Source: Dimorphilus gyrociliatus (Eukaryota > Animalia > Annelida). Taken from it: a stretch of 64,000 nucleotides of DNA. The DNA is taken from positions 1,547,643 through 1,611,642 of the forward strand of contig CAJFCJ010000014.1 of the NCBI GenBank assembly GCA_904063045.1, written 5' to 3'. The translations under genes and the position numbers were made by a program. Under the pieces are notes generated by a model. The model saw only the letters and a program-made list of their open reading frames with translations. It ran no database searches and was not told where the DNA came from. Position 1 is the stretch's first letter; each line of letters begins with the position of its first letter. Below are positions 53,538-64,000 of this stretch, one piece after another.

Positions 53538-56025
53538 ATGAAGGTAACACAACTGTCTTCTTTCATTTTGGTATTTACTTCATTCTTGTCAGGTTTGTTA
53601 TTTTATTATTGTTTCTTTTTTAACTCATACATAAACAGAAATCGTATAATATCTATAGAGGTCGTGCTGCAAGAAATTCAATTTCCACCCACAATTGTTA
53701 ACCATCCGGCTCGTCTAAAAGTTTACGTTGGTAGGGAGAATCTTAATATAAATTGTGGAGCGAAAGTTCCTAATGGTGATCTAGTTGGACCAAGTGGAAA
53801 GCTTGATTATGATTGGTACCACAGGAAAAGTGAACAGGATCCATGGGTAAAGATTAACATTATCGGAGAAGCTGGTTGGGCTTGGACTTCTGAGAACGAT
53901 AACGGAAATATCAGAATCAAACAGGAAATTGTTGCAGATGATCGGGCCAAATATTCGGGAGAATATCAATGTATTGTGTCTCTTGACAATCGCTATAAAG
54001 TTAAATCTAGTATTGGTCTACTTGTCTACTACGGTAAGTTAACAAAAATTACATAAATGTCTTCGTCTATGAGAAATCCTTCTTTTATTCTAACAGCAAT
54101 TCCTCTCACAGGTAACACTCCTGTGCATTTGGATATAAATCGACACACGCACTTCATTATTGAACCAAAATATATAAAACTTGATTGTAATTTAATTGAA
54201 TGTCAAAATTTTCGTATAAGACCTAAAATTGAAGGCAATCCCGATCCTAGTATCTTCCGCTCTTCTCGAATGGTTTATGATAGAGAAACTGGTCATTTTA
54301 TAGTAATGAGAGCTGATTCCGAAGATGATGACAGACGATTTCATATACTTTTTGATTTTATTGAATCAAGTGTAGGTGAAACAAATGACCCACGCGATAT
54401 TAGAATTGAAAACGATCAAAGTAACATCAATAACGATATTATTTATCATACAACTACAAATAATAACAACCAGAACGAATTTCATCGTTTTTCTAAAGAA
54501 GATATTTCATTTACTTGTGCCGTGAAAGGAAAGTAAGTATAAGATAAGCCTAAATCCAAATTTCCCATGATCATTTTTAAAATTTCACCTTTTTTTAGCC
54601 CCCTTCCTTCTCTAAACTGGTCAAAAGAGAATGGTAATATATCATCAAAGGCTGATAGGAGTGAACCATACCGTCTTAAAATAGGTATATGTTAAGCAAA
54701 TATCTAACAGATAATTTCTGGATAATTTTACATAATCTCTAAAATCGCTATCTTTTTATAACCCGATAAAGATGCTCCATAAATGATTATTTCTTTATCA
54801 GCATACTCTGTTTTGAATTTCACTCAGAGTTAACCTCTACTCTCTATATTGACAAGTAAAGAACTAACTTTTCAATCTATTTGCACCTTCACTTACTGTG
54901 CTACAACTAAGAAATATTACTTAATAGGTGATCTTCAACCTGGCGACTCGGGAGTTTATAAATGCTCCATCGGATCTGGAATTGAAAAAACATTCTCTCT
55001 TAAAGTAGAAGGTTCAGTATTTCAGAAAAATAAGTGTATTCCTTCCACATGAACATGTCTTCTCTTCGAAAATAGATTTCTTCGATTTCGAGGATAAACC
55101 TGAAAACCAGAATGCTAGTGTTGGTGACACGAATATACAGTGGAAATGTAGAGGAACACCTGGACAGCACAACTATGAATTTAACGTTAATGGAGAAAAA
55201 CCTGGTAAATTATAATTTATCTTTTCAAGTTTATAATTCATCATTGAAATCCAAATTTTTCATCATTCAGTTAGTGACTTTTATGTTGAAAACTACATCA
55301 TGAAATTGGAGAAAGTAGAAAGAACTCATGAAGGAGTAATTCAATGTAATATCAATAAACCATCGACAAGGGAAAGTAAAAGTTCATCAGCCTACTTTCT
55401 GGTCTTTGGTTAGTATAGTTTAATGTTAGATAAATGGATTACGTTTATATTTATTCATTTTACATTTCTAGAAAAAACAACAATAACTGCTAAAAATGAA
55501 GCTGAAATTAATGTTACTCAGGATATGGATGAGGTTAAACTAGAATGTAAAGTTTCAGTTGATGGTAGATTGCCATTTTCACTAAACTGGTATAAAGATG
55601 AGGTAAGGAAATAGGAGATTTTCTTTTAGAATTGGATAGAATAATACAGTATATTAATAAATATGTTATCATATTACAGAAACAACTAGAGATAGATGGA
55701 AATACATTCATGATCGAAGGAGCTGATAATAAAGAGAAGAATCTAATAATTGATGCAAAAAGTAAAAGTATATTCGGTAGATATCGATGTAAAGGAGATA
55801 ATGGATATTCTGAAGATTTTTCGGATGAAATTTTGTTGTATCAAGGTGTTCTAACACCAGCTCGTAAGATTTCAAGTGAAATTTATGTGTTTAGTTATCT
55901 TTGAGCATGTAATCTTTTTTTCAGCTGTTGTGATGAAAAGTGCAGTACCTTGGTGGATGTTTGCAATAATAGCCGGAGGTCTTATATGCTTCATTGTCTC
56001 TTTATGCATTCTTTTACATGCATAG
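53538..56025 (+). CDS. Five-Ig-domain membrane protein, L1CAM/neuroglian-like but truncated (copy 1)
   Basis: Signal peptide; FPPTI...INC...YDW...GEYQC (Ig1); TC.VKGNPLPSLNWSK...DSGVYKC (Ig3); WKCRG.P...VIQCN (Ig4); LECKVSVD.RL..SLNWYKD...GRYRC (Ig5); terminal hydrophobic exon 55925-56025. Family assignment is from recalled motifs. Confidence 0.7.
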
Positions 56026-57059
56026 GCTACTTTTTTTTAAGTAGGTCAAATGGCCTTGTTTTTAAGTTTGTCATTTGGCACTAGCGATTACGCATTCTTT
56101 TAGATAAGAAACTGTTTTTTTGAAATGGTTTTTTTAAAAAGTTGTATATTTTGCGGATTAGTCGATAATTTGAATCTAATAATTGATGGAAAAAGTAAAG
56201 GTATATTTGGTAAATACCGATGTAAAGAAGTTAATGAATACACTGAAGATGTTCCGACTGAAATAACATTGAAAGTTTTTGTACTGAAGCCCTCACCTAA
56301 TCGTAAGTTTCCAAGTCGATTGTAAATTTCTTACCTTGTTATGAGTGTTTTTTTTCCAGTTGGTACAGCCACTATAATGTCATTTTCGTGGTTGGTTTTG
56401 TTATCTGTAAATTTGGGCGTAACCATCTTCTCTGTATAATCTATAGAGATATTTTTATATTGATTGATTGATTGTTATTTATCCGAGATAAGAAATAAAA
56501 TTAATAAATTCTAAATATTTTTCTCTTTTCTCATGAAACAAACAGTATTTATTAATGAAGTCAAATATACCTTTTTTCTTATTACAAAATTATTTATTAA
56601 TTTCAATAAATAATTGATAGAATGTTACCGCACTTTTGTGTTGAAGTTGACGTTTAGTTTCAATTTATTGTATTTGTGTCTACAGAGAATTAATAGTACT
56701 GATTTTTTTATGAGTATTTTTGATAAAGAATTTATAGGAATAACTTTTTTCTGCAACCAGGATGTAGATAAAAATTGAGAAGAGAATTTTTATTGTTTAA
56801 TTGATAGTTGTTGATTGTTTTAGATATATTTTGCGATTTTTTTCGAAATATTTGTTTAGTTATACGCTGAATAATATGTTATATCATTTCTTCATTTCAT
56901 CTTATGTCATTTGTTTAACTTTTCAAAATGGTAAGGTTGAATATTACTCAACCGCATCTTTTGAACAGTACTTTTTATTAGATTTTTTGGTTTTTAAAGC
57001 AAGTAGAAATTGATTTTGAACTTGAAAATAAAACAAATCAGTAAAAGATTATCATTCAA

Positions 57060-57470
57060 CCTGCTAGGAAAACAACCTTTACAGACAATTGAGTAGTTTT
57101 GTTAGAGTGCGTTTCCAGTGGTCTTAACAGAGAAGATTAGATTCTTTTATTGATAATCCTTGTGATGTTAAGTTTTTTGATGAGAATGATCCCTTGGTTA
57201 TACCTTTCCATCATTGTTTCAACACTGTCCATGATTATTATGATTATACAAATAGTCCATTTGACATGACATTTTCTAATGGTAGTTCGACAGTTCGACA
57301 AGAAACCATCTAGTTTCAGGAAACCTATATTCTTTTTGAAAGATTTGTTAAAGTGGAAAATCTGAAGAGAACGATGACGAATTGAACGTTAATGAAGAGT
57401 AATTCATTATACATTAATTATTTTTCAAAGTTTATAATTTATCATTGAAATCAACCTTTTTCATCATCTA
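57060..57470 (+). pseudogene. Decayed remnant of an older Ig-gene copy
   Basis: 57380-57470 aligns by eye with the Ig4 exon/intron at 55175-55270. Near 57090 a stop-interrupted frame reads VVLLECVSSG (Ig B-strand-like). Confidence 0.4.
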
Positions 57471-58048
57471 ACTGTTTTTAGAATGAATTAGTCCATATTG
57501 ATTTTTTAATTAAAAAATTGTTTATTCTAATCAATGAAAACTTTTTAAATTGTTTTCACCGGATCCAAAATATATATTTATAAAAACTGTAATTATTCAT
57601 TTATAAATTAAAAAACCTCTTCAGTAGATTGAATTTTAGTTGATTCGTTGTTACAATTTCATGAATTCCATAATGATATTTATAAAAGATTAATTAGGAG
57701 AAAAGAGGCATCTCTTGAAAACCTGAATAAACAACAAAAAACTGTGAAATATATATTTTATCATAAGAAAATTGAAACCGGCAAAAGAATCTATAAAAAT
57801 AATACTTCACTGAATAACACTTACACAATTTTAAAGATTGTAAAAATTAATACAGTTTTAGAAAAACAGCGCCATCTTAAAAAATTTATAGCTATTTTTA
57901 ATAAAATAATAAAAAAAAAACTCAATTGTTATTATTTTTCAAAGTTCACACAAATTTTCAGAAGCGCCATCTCAAATGATTTCTATCACCTAAAAAAACG
58001 TTTATAAATAAAACAGTCACACAAGCTAGTTATCATACTTTTTAAAAT

Positions 58049-60109
58049 ATGAAGGTAACACAACTGTCTTCTTTCATTTTGGTATTTACTTCATTCTTGT
58101 CAGGTTTGTTATTTTATTATTGTTTCTTTTTTAACTCATACATAAACAGAAATCGTATAATATCTATAGAGGTCGTGCTACAAGAAATTCAATTTCCACC
58201 CACAATTGTTAACCATCCGGCTCGTCTAAAAGTTTACGTTGGTAGGGAGGATCTTAATATAAATTGTGGAGCGAAAGTTCCTAATGGTGATCTAGTTGGA
58301 CCAAGTGGAAAGCTTGATTATGATTGGTACCACAGGAAAAGTGAACAGGATCCATGGGTAAAGATTAACATTATCGGAGAAGCTGGTTGGGCTTGGACTT
58401 CTGAGAACGATAACGGAAATATCAGAATCAAACAGGAAATTGTTGCAGATGATCCGGCCAAATATTCGGGAGAGTATCAATGTATAGTGTCTCTTGACAA
58501 TCGCTATAAAGTTAAATCTAGTATTGGTCTACTTGTCCACTACGGTAAGTTATCAAAAATTACATAAATCTCTTCGTCTGTGAGATATCTTTTATTCTAA
58601 CAGCAATTCCTCTCACAAGTAACACTCCTTTTCCATTGAATATAAATCGACTAGCACACTTCATTATTGAACCAAAATATATAAAACTTGATTGTAATTT
58701 AATTGAATGTCAAAATTTTCGTATAAGACCTAAAATTGAAGGCAATCCCGATCCTGCTATCTTCCGCTCTTCTCGAATGGTTTATGATAGAGAAACTGGT
58801 CATTTTATAGTAATGCGAGCTGATTCAGAAGATAATGACAGACGATTTCATATACTTTTTGATTTTATTGAATCAAGTGTAGGTGAAACAAATGACCCAC
58901 GCGATATTAGAATTGAAAACAATCAAAGTAACATCAATAACGATATTATTTATCACACAACTACAAATAATAACAACCAGAACGAATTTCATCGTTTTTC
59001 TAAAGAAGATATTTCATTTACTTGTGCCGTGAAAGGAAAGTAAGTATAAGATAAGCCTAAATCCAAATTTCCCATGATCATTTTTAAAATTTCACCTTTT
59101 TTTAGCCCCCTTCCTTCTCTAAACTGGTCAAAAGAGAATGGTAATATATCATCAAAGGCTGATAGGAGTGAACCATACCGTCTTAAAATAGGTATATGTT
59201 AAGCAAATATCTAACAGATAATTTCTGGATAATTTTACATAATCTCTAAAATCGCTATCTTTTTATAACCCGATAAAGATGCTCCATAAATGATTATTTC
59301 TTTATCAGCATACTCTGTTTTAAATTTCACTCAGAGTTAACCTCTACTCTCTATATTGATAAGTAAAGAACTAACTTTTCAATCTATTTGCACCTTCACT
59401 TACTGTGCTACAACTAAGAAATATTACTTAATAGGTGATCTTCAACCTGGCGACTCGGGAGTTTATAAATGCTCCATCGGATCTGGAATTGAAAAAACAT
59501 TCTCTCTTAAAGTAGAAGGTTCAGTATTTCAGAAAAATAAGTGTATTCTTTCCACATGAACATGTCTTCTCTTCGAAAATAGATTTCTTCGATTTCGAGG
59601 ATAAACCGGAAAACCAAAATGCTAGTGTTGGTGACACGAATATACAGTGGAAATGTAGAGGAACACCTGGACAGCACAACTATGAATTTAACGTTAATGG
59701 AGAAAAACCTGGTAAATTATAATTTATCTTTTCAAGTTTATAATTCATCATTGAAATCCAACTTTTTCATCATGTAGTTAGTGACTTTTATGTTGCAAAC
59801 TACATCATGAATTTGGAGAAGGTAGAGAGAACTCATGAAGGAGTAATTCAATGTAATATCAATAAACCGTCGACAAGGGAAAGTAAAAGTTCATCAGCCT
59901 ACTTTCTGGTCTTTGGTTAGTATAGTTTAATGTTAGATAAATGGATTACGTTTATATTTATTCATTTTACATTTCTAGAAAAAACAACAATAACTGCTAA
60001 AAATGCAGCTGAAATTAATGTTACTCAGGATATGGATGAGGTTAAACTAGAATGTAAAGTTTCAGTTGATGGTAGATTGCCATTTTCACTAGACTGGTAT
60101 AAAGATGGG
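58049..60109 (+). CDS. Ig-domain protein copy 2, interrupted in an intron by the retrotransposon
   Basis: Exons match copy 1 with open frames up to the GAT GGG|GTAAGG donor at 60109. The remaining exons are not in the window. Confidence 0.7.
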
Positions 60110-60164
60110 GTAAGGAAATAGGAGATTTTCTCTTAGAATTGGTTAGGTTAATATAGTATATTAA

Positions 60165-63100
60165 TGCAGTAAAGAAGTATATCGCCGAAATTTGGCAGCG
60201 AGCCAAATTATCACGTCATCAATATCGTTACATTTAGTATAATTTTAAACCAACTGCTCTTACCCCGTTATGTTTTTCTTGTGGACATGTATTACTTATA
60301 ATCATCGTTGTTATTACCAGTGTAGACTTTAAAACTAAATATACTGTACTTATAAGTCAATGACATATTGATGACTTATGTGTGCAACCCGCTCAACAAG
60401 TAGAGTAATTATAAGTAAGTATAGGTAATACAATACTGTAATGACAAATTGGAAGAATAGAGAAGAACATTTGAAGAATCGAATGTTCAAATTAGAGTTG
60501 AGATGACAAGAACATTCGAAGAATCGAATTCTAAGAATAGAGCTGCAATGGAAACAAAGTTGGAACAACTCTTTCAACTGGTCAACTCCATTAAGCCCAG
60601 CTCTTTCAAAACCAGGAAGTCAAAAGCTCTTCAAAACAACTCGATCATAGAATCAAAAAACTAAGAAATAATAAAGCTAGTCCAGCTGAAAGGTTTGAAG
60701 GCACCAATTTTCGGAATTTCCGTGAGAACATCACTGCTCCACTGTTGGAAACTGACATAGATGACTCAGAAGAGTGTCAGATTCTAAAGAAATGGTCATG
60801 AGAGGAGACAATGTGCCACAAGTATCATGATATGGCAAATAGTAGAGACAGTAAATAAAAGTTGTTAAGTTTCGTCAGAACTTTAGATTTTGTCTATGGC
60901 AACACTGCTCTACTCTGAGGTAATATGGTGCAACAAATCTTGGACAAAACGGTTGTGTTCCAACCTCAGAAGGTCGCCGATTGGATCTAGTTTAAGTCAT
61001 TTCTTGCATTGTTGAACTTGCCAAATTATGAAGGGCGCCCTCAATTTGAAAAGCATAGACAGTTCTCAAAGAGACTGCCCTTTGACGCTCGATCCCAAGT
61101 CATAAACTCAACTAATAAATATCTGGACAATTTTGGTTCAGCTGTATAAGAGATAGGTCATTATGTATCAAAGGTCATTAAAAGGATTGAAAGGGGATCG
61201 TATGTATGTGAAGATACAGAAACAGGCATCATGGCTTCCAACATGGCCATACCCAATAGCACATTCGTGAGGCAGAGCCCCCTCCCTAAGACCATAGACC
61301 CTTGGCACATGTCAAACTGAAAAATAAGGCGAAGTCTCAAGCTTCGAGCAAAGAATACAGATGTCTGTGTGATGAAAATCACATATGTTTAGTCTATTGC
61401 CTGACTTACATCAATTTTGATGTGAAAGGAAGATAGAGGATGGTCCAAAGGCTAAACAGATGCCAGAACTGCCTACAAGGAGGCATTCAAGTGAAAAAGG
61501 TCTGTCAAAATTCAATTGCAAAAAATGCAATGGAGAAGCAGTGTCCCTGATCAGCAGACAATATCTAGAAACTATATCTTACAACTCAGTAGCTGAAAAT
61601 TGTTGCCGAATCGATAATAATGAGTTCCAAACAATAGCTACAAAAAATGTCAAAATCATATTCCCAAAATTGGGGTGTAAATATGACATCAATGCTTATT
61701 TGGTAGATTCATTATTTACCATACCCAAACAACCCACTATAAAAATCAACTCGCTGTACACTGAACCACCACTTCCAAGCAATAGAATAGATCTACATAT
61801 CGGACATAGCCTAAGTCAAGATAGATCACATGCCCATCTCGGTCCTATAAAACTATATACAACCAAGGACTATACCTTCGTATTGGACCTTCCCTCTCCC
61901 TTTCAAATATGATCTGAATGTATTAACAAACAATTACGTCAGTGCAAGAAATAGATTTCAGGCTATTCGTCGGAAACCCATTTATAATGAAGAAGATAGG
62001 AATTCAATCCCTATTCAATAATAATTATGCTTGGCGAGTGTCACACAATGAAGTTAAGATTTACTTGCCTCATCATGGCGTATCTAATCTGAACAAGAAA
62101 ACAATAAGAATAGTCTTTGACAGCGCCGCAAAATACAAGATCTATTCCCTGAATTATACACTTCTCACGGGACCTTCCTTACTGTCAAACCAAGCTTACA
62201 TCCTTACATTATGGCGAACCCAACCCTATTTCATACTCGCAGACATCCATCAAACAGATGTTTATGAACATATGTGTAGACATAAAACACCAACCCTACT
62301 TCAGTTTCATGTACAAAGACCCTAAAAAGGACAATAATATTTTATCTGCCGTCATGACACATCATATATTCGGTGCAGCTAGTTCCCCGTTCATTACTTG
62401 TACAGCATTAAATGCCACAATTAAACAAGCAGTCTCATTGAATAGTGAAGAAAAGAAGATTATCTTGAAATCCTTCTACATGGACAACCTTATCTTGGTA
62501 GGAGACAATGAGAGACAACTTGAAAATTTAGCCTTCCATCTGCACCAAGAGCTGGCAGCCAAAGGCCTACCCCTAATCAAATACACCACCAACAATGAGT
62601 GGATAAGTACTCATTTCATCTTGAACATCAAGCTCATTCAAGAACCCGTCAAGGTCCTAGGAGTGACATACCAAATCGAGCACCTGAACAACACAAAAAA
62701 AACATCTTTTTTTATTCTCTCATCACGAAAATCTATGATATTATGGGATTCATCGAACCAATAAAGTTACAGGCAAAAATCCTGATAACCTAGTTTCATG
62801 GTCTTAATTGGGATGATACATGTCAAGATCAAGAAAGCCTCATAAAGGTACTGAAGGACATATCAGGCTCAATCTCGAGATACATACCACCTCCTGAAAA
62901 TATACATATCTATGCCGACGCCTCAGATATCGCCTATGGTGTGGCAGTATATGGCGTCCACGCCGGAAAGGGCTATCTTTTGGCTTCATCTTCCCGCCTT
63001 TTCTCCTTGCCAAGGTCATCAATCCCACAAGCAAAATTGACATTGCAGTCAATATCTGCTCCATGGAATTCACATTCGAAATATTGGGATAATGGAGTAA

Positions 63101-64000
63101 AATGAGATGGACCCTGGCGTGGCTGTTAAGATTTAAATCAAACACGCTGTCCCCCGATCCTGTGATAGAGTAAAAAAATCGAAGCAGCCGAGCAACAATT
63201 ATTCAAACTTGTTCAGACCACTATGCCAATAAACAAATTAATGGATCTGTACTCGCTGCTGGAGGACAAAAATGGCGTCTACATCACGATGGGAAGGCTA
63301 GATGACACAACCGAAAAGAAAAAAGTTATAGTCTATGCTCGTCATCCTATAATCAGTAAGCTGATATACTATACGCATCACGAGATGAAACATGTCTCAT
63401 TAAGAGCCATTTTGGCAAACTTAGTCAATAAATTAAATCTTCTATATGCAATGTCAGGGCTCACGAGTGTTTTAAAAAGGTTTAAATTGTGCACTTCGAG
63501 GAATCACAAGAAACTGGTCCTACAAATGGTTAATTTACCAGAGCCCCGAACTGGAGAGTTTACCAATCTGTTTGAAAACATCACCATGGATTTTACCGGA
63601 CCTATATGCAAAACTATGGAGGGAAACAAAGTTTACCTACTCGTCACCTCTTTCTTGAGATCTAGAGCAGTACAAATTCTACCTACCACTTCCCTCTCAA
63701 CGAAGGTACTAATGACAGAGATCCAAATATTTATGAACAACTGGAGCTGGCCCAAGTCGATCATTTCAGACTCAGCTACAACCTTCAAAAAACTGTCCAA
63801 ATTAATCAACAATCACTACAAAAAACAATCTAAAGTGAAACACATTCTTAGGAAATTTAATTCCCCTCATTCCACTCACAAAATGGAAGTTGTCGAGAGG
63901 ATCATCGGATTAATCAAACCAATGATACAACCGAAAAAAGAAAGAATACCTGCCTCGATTGGGACACTATACATCTCACAATCTCGGCCATCGAGAACCT
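60165..64000 (+). mobile_element. Degenerate BEL/Pao LTR retrotransposon (runs off window)
   Basis: Frameshifted fragments in BEL order: gag (coiled-coil repeat, CKKC knuckle), protease-like LVDS, RT YLPHHGV...RIVFDSAAK...GPSLL, FGAASSPF, FYMDN, RNase H YADASDIAYG, integrase-like MDFTGPI. Starts with TG at the point where similarity to copy 1 ends. Confidence 0.9.

Larger units (their letters stand above)
53050..60165 (+). repeat. Recent tandem segmental duplication (about 53050-55660 vs 57560-60165)
   Basis: Promoter, exons and introns are near-identical at an offset of about 4.5 kb; similarity ends abruptly at the retroelement edge. Confidence 0.95.

Overview
AT-rich, gene-dense animal genomic DNA with very short spliceosomal introns (mostly about 55-75 nt), so most ORF-track entries are exon fragments or shadows. 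The gene set (Lumbricus-type three-domain gelsolins, an allatostatin-A/galanin-type GPCR, an IER gene, a divergent DEG/ENaC) suggests a lophotrochozoan, probably a compact-genome annelid such as Dimorphilus (inference only). Splicing exons by hand gives, in order: an APH/kinase-like ORF, EDF1/MBF1, ACBP, a degenerate mitochondrial SerRS paralog (SLIMP-like), an AstA-type GPCR, an orphan ORF, KCTD1/15, IER, a DEG/ENaC channel, a small two-exon orphan, prolyl 4-hydroxylase alpha, HS2ST, NUP188, sesquipedalian, three tandem gelsolin-like genes, two near-identical L1/neuroglian-like Ig genes and a decayed BEL/Pao retrotransposon. The most striking signal is mutually exclusive exon (MXE) architecture. 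The P4H alpha gene has three duplicated exon pairs (71/71, 100/100, 63/63 nt) around a constant catalytic HxD exon. One gelsolin gene has three alternative 128-nt exons for its G1 actin-binding helix plus a candidate 6-nt microexon. A YAGATGGCG (CTCF-like) motif recurs at gene boundaries. No tRNA, rRNA or CRISPR was seen. All gene models are manual and lack transcript support.
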